A stretch of DNA of 64,000 bases from an uncultured Hyphomicrobiales bacterium (GTDB taxonomy: Bacteria; Bacteroidota; Ignavibacteria; Kapaibacteriales; UBA2268), in contig CAYWYR010000014.1 of NCBI GenBank assembly GCA_964462685.1, forward strand, positions 10,813 to 74,812, read 5' to 3'. The translations under genes and the position numbers were made by a program. This document shows positions 1 through 9,937 of the stretch, piece after piece. Numbering within the stretch: the stretch's first letter is position 1; every line of letters starts with the position of its first letter. The notes under the pieces were generated by a model. It worked only from the letters and a program-made list of their open reading frames with translations, was not told the DNA's origin and did not search any database.

Positions 1-118
1 TTTAGGCCTATCACTTACTAAGAGAATCGTTGAACAGTATCACAGCGGCAAAATCATAATAAGAGAATCCGCACCTGGTGTGGGTACTACTTTTCTTATC
101 GAACTACCAATAGCATAG
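1..118 (+). CDS. Sensor histidine kinase, C-terminal fragment (HATPase_c). The 5' part lies outside the window.
   Basis: Frame 2 translates as LGLSLTKRIVEQYHSGKIIIRESAPGVGTTFLIELPIA*, which matches the G2 box and C-terminus of histidine-kinase ATPase domains. The stop is at 116-118. Confidence 0.5.
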   Translation, partial: LGLSLTKRIVEQYHSGKIIIRESAPGVGTTFLIELPIA

Positions 119-130
119 AATAAATCGAAT

Positions 131-991
131 ATGGAAGATTTTTTAAAAAACCTCTCGGCCCTCGAGTTCAATATCGACTTCGGCATTGCCGATCTGGTAA
201 AACTCCTATTCGTAATAGCAATAACATGGTTTATTCTTTATACCCTCAAAAAGTTTCTCCGCTCACCTAATAAGCTTGTCCGGTTCGATATCGGAACGAA
301 AAGCGCTATTTACCAGATTCTGAAGTACTTTTTGATAGTAATATCGGTATCAAGTATTCTCAGCGTTTTCGGAATTGATATCACAGCTTTACTGGTAGGT
401 TCGGCAGCATTGCTTGTTGGTGTAGGCCTTGGGCTACAGCAGACTTTCAATGATTTGTTCTCTGGGTTTATCATACTTTTTGAAGGGAGCGTTCACGTTA
501 CCGATGTAGTCGAGATAGACGGCATCGTAGGCCGAGTACAGGAAATAGGTATCAGGACATCAAAAGTAAGGACTAGGGATGATATCATTCTTATCATACC
601 TAACTCAAAATTCATCGTGGATAATGTAACGAACTGGTCCTATGACAATATGAAGACCAGATTCAGGGTAAGCGTAGGGGTTACTTATGGTACCGATCCT
701 GAGCTGGTAAGGGAATGCTTGCTTAAAGCCGCCGAAGGTAACCCGCAGATCAGCCATGATCCTGTACCTTTTGTATGGTTTGATGATTTCGGCAATTCAT
801 CCTTAGACTTTAGCCTCCACTTCTGGACAGAAGATATCTTCCGTGTAGAAGTACTGAAAAGTGATCTAAGGTTCGCAATAGCTGCCAGCCTCAAAGAATA
901 TAATATCACCGTACCTTTCCCTCAGCGGGATCTGCATATAAAATCAGTAGAAGACAGTTTCAAGATAGAGAAGATAGATAGCGGTAAATAG
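131..991 (+). CDS. Mechanosensitive ion channel family protein (MscS-like).
   Basis: 286-aa ORF with N-terminal TM helices followed by the conserved MscS beta-domain region (…GSVHVTDVVEIDGIVGRVQEIGIRTSKVRTRDDIILIIPNSKF…). Confidence 0.8.
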   Translation: MEDFLKNLSALEFNIDFGIADLVKLLFVIAITWFILYTLKKFLRSPNKLVRFDIGTKSAIYQILKYFLIVISVSSILSVFGIDITALLVGSAALLVGVGLGLQQTFNDLFSGFIILFEGSVHVTDVVEIDGIVGRVQEIGIRTSKVRTRDDIILIIPNSKFIVDNVTNWSYDNMKTRFRVSVGVTYGTDPELVRECLLKAAEGNPQISHDPVPFVWFDDFGNSSLDFSLHFWTEDIFRVEVLKSDLRFAIAASLKEYNITVPFPQRDLHIKSVEDSFKIEKIDSGK

Positions 992-1285
992 ACCTGAATT
1001 TTGCTCATATCAGCATTCGAATATACTAATCTATCTTTCCACTAGAACTAATAGCTGAATATCAGTGAAAAACACGTAGTGGCTAGGTGGTTGTATCAAT
1101 CACTCGCCCCTTAACATTCCCACAAGTCATAGCTTTCCTTTGCTATTGTTTTAAGATTAAGTAAATTTCAATCTCAAACGGATGTACTATCTTGTAAACT
1201 GTTGATCAACCAATCTTTTTTTTCATCCGAAATGAATACAGATAAAAATTACAATTGTTAAAATAACCAAGGTACAGCGTAAATA

Positions 1286-3457
1286 ATGAACGCATTAATC
1301 TGGTCGATACCTATTGCAGGGGTCTTAGCCCTGATATTCACTTACGTTCGGTCTTCGTGGGTAAGCAAGCAAAGCGAAGGGAACGAGAGAATGGCGAATA
1401 TCGCCAAGTACATAGCCGATGGAGCAATGGCTTTCCTGAGGGCAGAGTATAAAGTACTCAGCATCTTTGTTGTTATCGTTGCGATCCTATTGTTTTTTAA
1501 GGACAACGGTTCTCTTGATAGCTCGCCGCTTGTAGCTTTGTCATTCGTCATCGGTGCTGTCTGTTCAGCTCTCGCTGGTTTTATCGGGATGAAAGTAGCT
1601 ACTAAAGCTAACGTGAGAACAACCAATGCGGCGATAACCGGTCTCGGCAAAGCTCTTGAAGTAGCTTTCACAGGCGGTTCGGTAATGGGTATGGGTGTAG
1701 TTGGCCTAGGTGTTCTTGGTCTTTCAGTACTCTTTATCCTATATGCTGGGATGTTTGGCACAGATACGCCTGAAGGTTTGCTTCGGGTTATCAATGTTGT
1801 TACAGGATTCTCTTTTGGTGCATCATCGATAGCGCTTTTCGCCAGAGTTGGCGGAGGTATCTACACTAAGGCAGCCGATGTGGGTGCTGATCTTGTTGGT
1901 AAAGTAGAAGCCGGTATCCCTGAGGATCACCCGCTTAACCCCGCAACAATCGCGGATAACGTGGGTGATAACGTAGGTGACGTTGCTGGTATGGGAGCCG
2001 ATCTCTTTGAGTCTTATGTTGGCTCGATAATCGGTACGATGGTTCTCGGTGCGGCGTTCTTCAACGTTCCAGAGTTTGTTACTACTGAATTTGGCTCGCT
2101 TTCAGCTGTTCTACTTCCTCTCGTACTAGCTGCGGTAGGTATAGTTGTTTCGATACTTGGTACATTCTTCGTTAAAGTAAAAGAAGGTGGCAACCCTCAG
2201 ACTGCACTTAATATCGGTGAATTTGGCGCTGCTGGGCTTATGCTTGTTCTTTCGTTCTTTATTATACAGTGGATGCTACCTGAGAGCTGGAGCTATGCAG
2301 GAATCGAATATAGCTCAATGGGCGTATTCTGGGCAACTATCGTAGGTTTGACCGCTGGCGTTCTGGTAGGTAAAGTTACCGAGCACTACACAGGTACCGG
2401 TACCGGCCCTGTTAAGTCTATAGTAAGACAGTCCGTTACCGGATCTGCAACGAATATTATCGCTGGCTTAGGTGTCGGTATGCGATCAACGGCTATTCCT
2501 ATCTTGCTTATAGCAGCGGCGATCGTTCTTTCTTATGAGTTTTCCGGCTTATACGGTATCGCCATAGCGGCTGTTGGTATGCTTTCCACAACTGGTATTC
2601 AGTTAGCGGTTGATGCTTACGGACCAATTTCGGACAATGCCGGTGGTATCGCCGAGATGGCGCAACTACCTAAAGATGTTAGACAGAGAACAGATAAACT
2701 TGATGCAGTTGGTAATACTACAGCGGCAATAGGTAAAGGTTTTGCCATAGCTTCGGCGGCTCTTACAGCTTTGGCACTTTTCGCGGCTTATATGCAGCAG
2801 ACTGGCATTTCAGCTATAGATATAGCAAATCCTTATGTTATGGCTGGACTTCTAGTAGGTGCAATGCTTCCTTTCGTATTCTCTGCCTTGGCGATGGATG
2901 CGGTCGGCCGAGCGGCAATGTCTATGATTAAAGAAGTACGTCGCCAGTTCGCGGAAATCCCAGCACTTAAAAATGCACTTGCTGTGATGAAGGAAAAAGG
3001 TAGCGATCCTAAGAACTGGAACGCCAACGATCTTGCTATATACGAAGCATCAGAAGGTAAGGCGGAATATGCAAAATGCGTTGAGATTTCAACGAAAGCC
3101 TCTATCAAGGAAATGATGATTCCAGGAGTGCTTGCAGTAGCTGCTCCAGTTATAGTCGGCTTTATTTTCGGGGCTGAGACGCTTGGCGGCCTTCTTGCAG
3201 GAGTAACCGTATCTGGAGTTCTGATGGCGATCTTTCAGTCCAACGCAGGCGGCGCGTGGGATAATGCTAAGAAAATGTTCGAGGAAGGCGTTGAGATTGA
3301 AGGTAAAATGTACCACAAAGGTTCAGAAGCTCACAAAGCCGCTGTAACAGGTGATACAGTAGGTGATCCTTTCAAAGATACATCAGGCCCGTCAATCAAT
3401 ATCCTTATCAAGCTTATGGCAGTTGTATCGCTTGTAATAGCCACAGCTATCGTTTGA
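1286..3457 (+). CDS. hppA: Membrane-bound pyrophosphate-energised cation pump (V-type H+/Na+-translocating pyrophosphatase), K+-dependent subtype.
   Basis: 723 aa and polytopic. It has the signature motifs [19 protein letters not shown] and [31 protein letters not shown] has Ala at the K+-dependence position. Confidence 0.9.
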   Translation: MNALIWSIPIAGVLALIFTYVRSSWVSKQSEGNERMANIAKYIADGAMAFLRAEYKVLSIFVVIVAILLFFKDNGSLDSSPLVALSFVIGAVCSALAGFIGMKVATKANVRTTNAAITGLGKALEVAFTGGSVMGMGVVGLGVLGLSVLFILYAGMFGTDTPEGLLRVINVVTGFSFGASSIALFARVGGGIYTKAADVGADLVGKVEAGIPEDHPLNPATIADNVGDNVGDVAGMGADLFESYVGSIIGTMVLGAAFFNVPEFVTTEFGSLSAVLLPLVLAAVGIVVSILGTFFVKVKEGGNPQTALNIGEFGAAGLMLVLSFFIIQWMLPESWSYAGIEYSSMGVFWATIVGLTAGVLVGKVTEHYTGTGTGPVKSIVRQSVTGSATNIIAGLGVGMRSTAIPILLIAAAIVLSYEFSGLYGIAIAAVGMLSTTGIQLAVDAYGPISDNAGGIAEMAQLPKDVRQRTDKLDAVGNTTAAIGKGFAIASAALTALALFAAYMQQTGISAIDIANPYVMAGLLVGAMLPFVFSALAMDAVGRAAMSMIKEVRRQFAEIPALKNALAVMKEKGSDPKNWNANDLAIYEASEGKAEYAKCVEISTKASIKEMMIPGVLAVAAPVIVGFIFGAETLGGLLAGVTVSGVLMAIFQSNAGGAWDNAKKMFEEGVEIEGKMYHKGSEAHKAAVTGDTVGDPFKDTSGPSINILIKLMAVVSLVIATAIV

Positions 3458-3527
3458 TCAGCTTTGATATCTATCTACATAGAAGCCCCTCAGCGGAAAT
3501 GTTGAGGGGCTTTTTTTGTCACTAAAC
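3314..3527. repeat. Direct repeat copy 1: the authentic hppA 3' end plus terminator.
   Basis: About 98% identical to 4334-4547 by eye. Confidence 0.8.
3484..3518 (+). terminator. Rho-independent terminator of hppA.
   Basis: GC-rich hairpin gcccctcagc/ggaaatg/ttgaggggc followed by T7. Confidence 0.6.
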
Positions 3528-3575
3528 CTAGGATGTGTCCGTAATAGGAGAAAAAGAGATTAAAAATTTTACGGA

Positions 3576-3836
3576 ATGGAGATGGAGACATTAAGTATAG
3601 AAATAATCAATCCTGGTGCAAAGGAATTAATATTAAATCTAGAAAGCATGAATTTAATAAAAATTCACAGCGACGGATCAATAAAGATGGAAACAGACAG
3701 TAAAGATGCTGCGAGGAAAGAGCTATTGAAGCTTGTGCAAGATCTCGGTGATAATGATTTTGCACCATTGAGTTTAGAAGAAATCACGAAAGAAGTTGAG
3801 ATTGTAAGAAAAGAGAGATACGAGAGAGAGAATTGA
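3576..3836 (+). CDS. Putative antitoxin partner of the PIN toxin.
   Basis: Small acidic ORF whose stop overlaps the TTG start of the downstream PIN gene. The arrangement is typical of type II toxin-antitoxin pairs. Confidence 0.4.
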   Translation: MEMETLSIEIINPGAKELILNLESMNLIKIHSDGSIKMETDSKDAARKELLKLVQDLGDNDFAPLSLEEITKEVEIVRKERYEREN

Positions 3837-4237
3837 ACGTAATCATTGATAACAATCTCTTTATCAGTTTTATTATAGGTGGTAAACTCGAACCGATTAT
3901 TCATGATTTTGTTAATAGAAAGATTAATCTCTTATATTCAGATAAATTGATAAATGAGTTCGAAGATGTAATTCTAAGAGATAAATTCAGAAAATATTTT
4001 AGTATATCAGCAGCTATCAACTTAAAAAAGAATATTCAGATACTCGGAACGAAAGTATCAACTACATCTAGTATCAACATCTGCCGTGACCCTAAAGACA
4101 ATTTCCTATTGGATCTAGCTGTGGATGGAGCTGCGGACTACCTTATCACTGGAGACAAAGACCTACTAATCCTTCAACAGATCGATAAGTGCAAGATTGT
4201 TACATGGCAGAGATTTAATGAGATCGTCAGTCAATAA
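3833..4237 (+). CDS. PIN-domain toxin (putative toxin-antitoxin system toxin component, PIN family).
   Basis: 134 aa. It has N-terminal DNN… and C-terminal DPKDNFLLDLAVDGAADYLITGDKDLL acidic-residue motifs characteristic of the stand-alone PIN toxin family. It is translationally coupled to the upstream ORF. Confidence 0.7.
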   Translation: MNVIIDNNLFISFIIGGKLEPIIHDFVNRKINLLYSDKLINEFEDVILRDKFRKYFSISAAINLKKNIQILGTKVSTTSSINICRDPKDNFLLDLAVDGAADYLITGDKDLLILQQIDKCKIVTWQRFNEIVSQ

Positions 4238-4333
4238 TCTAGCTATCTGGCCAACTCTCACTAGTTATATTATCAAAAAATAGTTTAGCCTTTTATTCAA
4301 TGATGGGGTTGTGACATAGACGGCAAGACATAT

Positions 4334-4477
4334 CACAAAGGTTCAGAAGCTCACAAAGCCGCTGTAACAGGTGATACAGTAGGTGATCCTTTCAAAGATA
4401 CATCAGGCCCGTCAATCAATATCCTTATCAAGCTTATGGCAGTTGTATCGCTTGTAATAGCCACAGCTATCGTTTAA
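4334..4477 (+). pseudogene. Duplicated 3' fragment of hppA, encoding the last ~47 residues (…[47 protein letters not shown]).
   Basis: Near-identical to 3314-3457 except TGA>TAA at the stop. There is no upstream coding context. Confidence 0.7.
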
Positions 4478-4503
4478 TCAGCTTTGATATCTATCTACAT
4501 AGA

Positions 4504-4538
4504 AGCCCCTCAGCGGAAATGTCGAGGGGCTTTTTTTA
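4504..4538 (+). terminator. Duplicated rho-independent terminator.
   Basis: agcccctcagcggaaatgtcgaggggc followed by T7. Confidence 0.5.
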
Positions 4539-4624
4539 TCACTTATAGTACTTATATAAACGCATAACATAAGTCATATCAGTACGTAATGAAATGTACT
4601 TCTAATACGTACAAGGCTTTATAT

Positions 4625-4873
4625 ATGGACACTAAACTCACGTTGAAATTCGATGCTGAAATAATAGCAGATGCAAAAAAATACGCTGCATCAAAAGGTC
4701 AAAGTCTATCTAGGATAATCGAATCGTATCTAAAGTTTCTTACAACTAAACAACAAACACAGAATGTAGAAATCAGTCCATTTATCAAAAGTTTAACCGA
4801 TGGTGTCGATGCTAATATAGAAAGACCGTCTGAAGATGAATATAAGAAGTATCTTGAGGACAAGTATAAATGA
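4625..4873 (+). CDS. Putative antitoxin (DUF6364-like).
   Basis: MDTKLTLKFDAEIIADAKKYAASKGQSLSRIIESYLKFL… resembles the small antitoxin family that pairs with PIN toxins in Bacteroidota. The ORF could begin at 4589. The stop overlaps the next ATG (ATGA). Confidence 0.5.
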   Translation: MDTKLTLKFDAEIIADAKKYAASKGQSLSRIIESYLKFLTTKQQTQNVEISPFIKSLTDGVDANIERPSEDEYKKYLEDKYK

Positions 4874-5289
4874 CTAAAGTTTTTCTTGATACTAACATTA
4901 TCATAGATTTCCTTGCTAAAAGGGAACCTTTTTATATTCCAGCCGCTGAAATACTTGAAATGGCAAGTAGGGATTTGATTCAAATCATTGTTTCAGCATT
5001 ATCAATTCCTACTGTACATTACATATTAAGTAAAATCATCAAAGACCGTTCTACTTTAATGAGAAATCTAAGGAATTTTAAGACAATAGTCGAGATATCT
5101 GATCTGACCGACGGTATAATAGAAAGGGGTTTTAATTCAGATATCAGTGATTTTGAGGATGCACTCCAATATAATTGTGCTCTGGATTCAAACTGCGAAG
5201 TAGTAATAACAAGAAACGTAAAAGATTACAAAACTTCAAAAATCCCAGTTATGGATGCTGAAAACTACGTAAAGCTATACTTCCATTAG
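4870..5289 (+). CDS. PIN-domain toxin (VapC-like).
   Basis: Begins MTKVFLDTNIIIDFL, with downstream conserved acidic residues. It is coupled to the upstream small ORF. Confidence 0.75.
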   Translation: MTKVFLDTNIIIDFLAKREPFYIPAAEILEMASRDLIQIIVSALSIPTVHYILSKIIKDRSTLMRNLRNFKTIVEISDLTDGIIERGFNSDISDFEDALQYNCALDSNCEVVITRNVKDYKTSKIPVMDAENYVKLYFH

Positions 5290-5383
5290 TCGATGCATTT
5301 AAGTAATATGCCAGATTATGATAATAATAATATCCACTACTTAAGATCATAATTTCGTCATCTTACATAAAGTATGAGGCTAT

Positions 5384-6604
5384 ATGGAAAGCGAAAAAAA
5401 AAAATACATTATCGGTGCAGGTATAAGCGGTCTTATAGCTGCCATTGAACTTGAAAAATCTGGCTATAAGCCTACTATTATAGAAGCTGCTGATGAAGTA
5501 GGCGGCCGGGTAAAGACACTTAACGCAAACGGACATGATCTCGATGTTGGCTTCCAGGTATTGCTAGACGCCTACCCGATGGCGAATAAATATCTTGATC
5601 TGAAAGCTCTTGATCTCGTCAGGCTAGAATCGGGCGCTCAGATATATGCTGATGGTAAAACATACCGAATTGGCGATCCCCTCAGAAACCTGGGCATTCT
5701 ATTGCCTACTCTGATAGCCGATATTGGAACGATAGGGGACAAGCTCAAAATTCTTAGGCTGAACGCTTCGCTAAAAAATAAATCTATAGAAACTATATTC
5801 TCATCACCAGAAAAAACTACTCTTGAGTATCTAAAGGACTTTGGCTTTTCTAAAAGGATCATCAGCAGATTCTTCCGGCCGTTCTTCGCTGGTATATTTC
5901 TTGAACCTGATCTGAGAACTTCCAGCCGTATGTTTGAGTTCGTTTACAAAATGTTCGGCGAGGGTCATGCAACCATACCGAGAGGCGGCATAGGTGATAT
6001 TAGTAAGCAGCTGAAAAGTAAGCTCAAGAGTACTGAGTTCATGTTAAATACTAAAGTAGCCAAGGTTGATTCAGAAGCGATTACACTCGATTCAGGTAAG
6101 TCAATTGAGCATAACGGTGTGATAGTGGCAACGAACTTGCAATCGATAATCGAGGGATCAAGACAAGAGGAAACGAACTGGAAGTCCTGTATGTGCCTGT
6201 ACTTTGAGGTTGACAAGACAAACATCCCCGATAAAACCATCGCCCTGGTAGCTGATAACGGCAGATTATCTAACAATCTATACGGCTACAAGGACTCCAT
6301 AGGTCGCAATATTCTATCTGTTACCGTTCTGGAGTTTAAAAACAAGTCAGAAGAAGAACTTATTGAAATTGTGGCTAATGAGGTTAATAAATACACTTGT
6401 GCGAAAAAAATAGATTTCATTCACAAATACCGCATCGATCAGGCATTGCCAGACATCTCTGACCTCAAATCGACCTTTGATCCGCGATCTAACGAAATCA
6501 TCGAGAACGTTTTTGTTGCTGGGGATCACACTCTCAATGCATCGCTGAACGCCGCAATGGAGTCAGGTCGATTGGCTGCTGCGGCGGTGGCTAAAGAAGA
6601 ATAA
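5384..6604 (+). CDS. NAD(P)/FAD-dependent oxidoreductase (amine-oxidase / protoporphyrinogen-oxidase-like fold).
   Basis: N-terminal dinucleotide-binding motif IIGAGISGLIAAIELEKSGYKPTIIEAADEVGGRV. 406 aa. Confidence 0.75.
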   Translation: MESEKKKYIIGAGISGLIAAIELEKSGYKPTIIEAADEVGGRVKTLNANGHDLDVGFQVLLDAYPMANKYLDLKALDLVRLESGAQIYADGKTYRIGDPLRNLGILLPTLIADIGTIGDKLKILRLNASLKNKSIETIFSSPEKTTLEYLKDFGFSKRIISRFFRPFFAGIFLEPDLRTSSRMFEFVYKMFGEGHATIPRGGIGDISKQLKSKLKSTEFMLNTKVAKVDSEAITLDSGKSIEHNGVIVATNLQSIIEGSRQEETNWKSCMCLYFEVDKTNIPDKTIALVADNGRLSNNLYGYKDSIGRNILSVTVLEFKNKSEEELIEIVANEVNKYTCAKKIDFIHKYRIDQALPDISDLKSTFDPRSNEIIENVFVAGDHTLNASLNAAMESGRLAAAAVAKEE

Positions 6605-6774
6605 ACCTTTAAGCTACTATTTTCTTAGTTTAATTTGTTCAGTGCATTATACGATCATATACTAGCTATACACATCGACATTGGAAAATTTACTCGCAAT
6701 ATAACTTGATAATTACTTATTTTAGATGTTAGTAGAAATATTCATATCGTTATATATTGCAAAGGTTGTAAATT

Positions 6775-7401
6775 ATGAAACAGGTTTCACCATTCAAATC
6801 AGTTGATGAAGCTTTTAAATCATTGGACAATGGCGGCCGCCTTTACAACATATTTACTAAAGCAAATGACAATATTATTACCAGTTCAGAATTATCAAAG
6901 GCCGGCGGTGGTTTAAATAATAAGTTCAAAGCAGTATTGTATCTAGAAATGGTTCTAAAAGGACTTACTGATGATGACAAAAAAAAGATTTACGGATCAT
7001 TAAATACTTCCCTGAAAGCTGATTATGATAAGTATAAACCAGAACTTAATTATCTTTTAGATGATAAAACAAACCAAGACAAAGCTATACTTAGTGTAAT
7101 TTTAGAAGGTAAGATCACGCCTATTACCGACTGGCCTACTTTTTCAGGTTATATTCCTGTACCTAGTTTGATTAATGGAACGCTTATGGAGACGATGAGT
7201 CCTATAAAAGATAACTTTGATATTTTTATGCTATCGGTAGATCATCCCGAACCTTTCAATATTGTAGTTTGTGCTATCCAAAATACTCTTAATATTGAGG
7301 ACAACCGGATGACTATTGGTGGAATACTAAGCGAATACTATCTTTCAGAGTATAAAAACCAAGGCAAAAGCACATTTCTTGAAGGTATTTTTTATTCCTG
7401 A
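6775..7401 (+). CDS. Hypothetical protein.
   Basis: 208-aa ORF with no motif I recognise. Confidence 0.4.
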   Translation: MKQVSPFKSVDEAFKSLDNGGRLYNIFTKANDNIITSSELSKAGGGLNNKFKAVLYLEMVLKGLTDDDKKKIYGSLNTSLKADYDKYKPELNYLLDDKTNQDKAILSVILEGKITPITDWPTFSGYIPVPSLINGTLMETMSPIKDNFDIFMLSVDHPEPFNIVVCAIQNTLNIEDNRMTIGGILSEYYLSEYKNQGKSTFLEGIFYS

Positions 7402-7454
7402 ACGTCGGTGATATCAACTACTGATATTTATCATACCTTTAAGGCTTAATGGTA

Positions 7455-9509
7455 TTATCCTACCCTTTCCGGCAGGCCGCAAGCAAATCCCTCGCATTTA
7501 TACATCGTAGGTTTAGCTGTCTTATCATACTCCGGTAGCCATCCGATATATTTATCAAGCTCCGCTGCGTTATCCGCATCTCTGAATACCATTACCGCAC
7601 CTGATAGCAGATCACTTTTATATTTCTCTGTGATCTTTTCTTTTTGCTCTTTATCCAGATTATCGAATAGAAAAGTCTTGCGACCCAGCGTTTCCTCCAC
7701 ATAATATGATAGCAGCATAGCAAAGCCCCGCGGATACTGCGATATCTGTGCCGATTTGCTCGCCATATAGCCTTGTGCCCTTCCCATATACTTGCTTTCC
7801 CCTGTCAAATGGAAAAGCTTTAGTAATGTACCATAATGGATGGATGCTCCGCTCGGGGTGGCTGAGTCATAACCGGCTCTTGGGCGAGATGGAAGCAGCT
7901 CGCTTTCGACCGCCAGATAGTAGTCTCCGTCACCTGCAGCGAAATGATTTTCTATATCATCCACTAGTTGTATTGAATAAAAAAGGTATTCAGTGCCGTG
8001 ACCGGTCATGAAAAGATCTAGCCCTGCTGATGCCAAAAACGCATAATCGTCCAGCGTACCTACTGGATTGGTCGCAATTCCATCTACTATCGTATGGGGA
8101 AGCCTTCCGTTTTCGTTATAGTATGAATGATAGAACTCGATTATTGCCTTCGCTTTTTCAATATAACTATCATCTTTCTCCGCCAAACCGCATCTGATAA
8201 ACCCTGAGGCAAGCATACCGTTCCAATCGGTAAGAACCTTCGTATCCAGCAGCGGCTTTTCTCTTTCTGATCTCTTATTGAGGATCATAGCCGTAAGCTC
8301 GCCCCATCCTTCCGCATCACTCGGCGAAAGTCCCTCGGGCCAGTTGCGGAGAGTAAGTATATTCCTTCCCGTCAGCTTGTGGGTGGCCTCGTCATAGTAA
8401 TTTCCCTGCTCGCTCATCCCGAAAATATCGGCAAACGGGGTTGTGATCTCTGTATCATACCTATCGGCGAACTCCTCTTCTATCATTTTCATCTCATCTA
8501 CCGTCCACATATAATAAACACCCTCTCCCTCGGATGTGTCTGCGTCCTCAGCGGAATAATAAAGTGTTCCGTCGGTCATTTCTCGATCGAGATACCCGGC
8601 AGTTGCCTTTAGCGCATACTTCAATATATCGTCATCGCCGCTTTTGCACTCGCCCAGCCCCCAGAGATACATCGCCTGGTCATAGAGCATCTTCTCAAAA
8701 TGCGGGAGATGCCAGTAAGCGTCCGTGGAATACCTGTGAATCCCTCCGCCGATGTGATCTGTGATCCCGTTGCGTGCGATTGCCGTCAGTGTTTTGCTGA
8801 TAATCCTTTTACTGCCCTCATCTCTTTCTTTATCGCTCTTTTTAGCAAAATATCTGCTCAATCGGTTAAGTAAAATGAGGTTCTGAAACGATGGGAATTT
8901 CGGCCTGACCCCAAATCCACCCTCTTCCTCGTCAAAATCTTTCTGAAAATCATCATAAGCTGTGCTTAATATACTTTCGCTGATATCAACCGAGATACCA
9001 TCGGATTTCGGTTCTCCATTTAGATATCCGGAAAGCTCTTCGGCGGTTGAATCCAGCATTTTTTTGTCAGATTTCCAAAGATTTATGATCCTTTCCAATA
9101 ATTGGGGGAATCCATCCCTGCCAAATCTGGGCTCCGGCGGATAATAGGTGCCGCAAAAAAACGGCTTGCCGTCCGGCATAGCAAATACGCTCATCGGCCA
9201 GCCGCCGCTGCCTGTCATTATCTGCGTCGCGTTCATATAAAACGCATCTACGTCGGGGTGTTCTTCTCTATCGACTTTAATCGAGATAAAATTATCGTTT
9301 AAAAATGCCGCCGTATCTATATTTTCAAATGATTCATGGGCCATCACATGGCACCAATGGCATGAAGAATATCCTACCGAAATAAAAACAGGTTTTTTTT
9401 CGCTTCGTGCGGCCTCAAAGGCTTCCTCGCACCAAGGCCACCAGTATATCGGATTGTCTTTATGTTGTTGAAGATAGGGTGAGGAGGATGATTCAAGTCT
9501 GTTTTTCAT
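7455..9509 (-). CDS. Thioredoxin-domain protein (DUF255/YyaL family; N-terminal thioredoxin domain plus a six-hairpin-glycosidase-like domain).
   Basis: N-terminal [13 protein letters not shown]…[18 protein letters not shown] is the hallmark of the family. 684 aa. Confidence 0.8.
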   Translation of the reverse strand: MKNRLESSSSPYLQQHKDNPIYWWPWCEEAFEAARSEKKPVFISVGYSSCHWCHVMAHESFENIDTAAFLNDNFISIKVDREEHPDVDAFYMNATQIMTGSGGWPMSVFAMPDGKPFFCGTYYPPEPRFGRDGFPQLLERIINLWKSDKKMLDSTAEELSGYLNGEPKSDGISVDISESILSTAYDDFQKDFDEEEGGFGVRPKFPSFQNLILLNRLSRYFAKKSDKERDEGSKRIISKTLTAIARNGITDHIGGGIHRYSTDAYWHLPHFEKMLYDQAMYLWGLGECKSGDDDILKYALKATAGYLDREMTDGTLYYSAEDADTSEGEGVYYMWTVDEMKMIEEEFADRYDTEITTPFADIFGMSEQGNYYDEATHKLTGRNILTLRNWPEGLSPSDAEGWGELTAMILNKRSEREKPLLDTKVLTDWNGMLASGFIRCGLAEKDDSYIEKAKAIIEFYHSYYNENGRLPHTIVDGIATNPVGTLDDYAFLASAGLDLFMTGHGTEYLFYSIQLVDDIENHFAAGDGDYYLAVESELLPSRPRAGYDSATPSGASIHYGTLLKLFHLTGESKYMGRAQGYMASKSAQISQYPRGFAMLLSYYVEETLGRKTFLFDNLDKEQKEKITEKYKSDLLSGAVMVFRDADNAAELDKYIGWLPEYDKTAKPTMYKCEGFACGLPERVG

Positions 9510-9670
9510 TAATTATCACTTATGATATCAAAAGAACTACCGCAGTCCGAACATAAAAAATTATTGTTTTTATTGATCGGCCAGCTGAATATTAAGACCG
9601 ATAATAAGAATTATATCTTTTCTATTATTGATTTTTTAGGTGATTTATATAATTCTACTTCCACACTTCT

Positions 9671-9934
9671 TTATTTAGGGCACGTGATATCATTCACCCT
9701 TTTATTTTGGGATTCTTTATATAAAAGAATGGTTTTTTCATAATCCTTTTCAAGTACGATAAGTCGCACACCGCCATCTGCATTGCTATAGATGATATTT
9801 GTGTTTGCTAGATACTCGCCAGTCACTACACATCCTATCCCTTCGTTTTCTAGATAGTTCTTGATAAGATATGCTTCTGAAGGGAAAGTATATGTAGCAA
9901 GTACTTTAGTATCGAAACTCTGCTTATCCATCAA
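9671..9934 (-). CDS. DUF2007-domain protein (putative signal-transducing protein).
   Basis: 87 aa. Pattern …SEAYLIKNYLENEGIGCVVTGEY…. It lies immediately downstream of the PglZ response regulator. Confidence 0.5.
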   Translation of the reverse strand: MMDKQSFDTKVLATYTFPSEAYLIKNYLENEGIGCVVTGEYLANTNIIYSNADGGVRLIVLEKDYEKTILLYKESQNKRVNDITCPK

Positions 9935-9937
9935 AGA

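Larger units (their letters stand above)
4334..4547. repeat. Direct repeat copy 2: the hppA 3' end plus terminator.
   Basis: See copy 1. The differences are three substitutions in the terminator and stop region. Confidence 0.8.

Noticed and set aside
1342-1794. 150-aa minus-strand ORF (Pro/Arg/Thr-rich) and other antisense ORFs inside hppA (2833-3108, 3089-3316).
   Set aside because: They lie entirely inside a strongly supported hppA reading frame on the opposite strand and have low-complexity composition. They are typical shadow ORFs.
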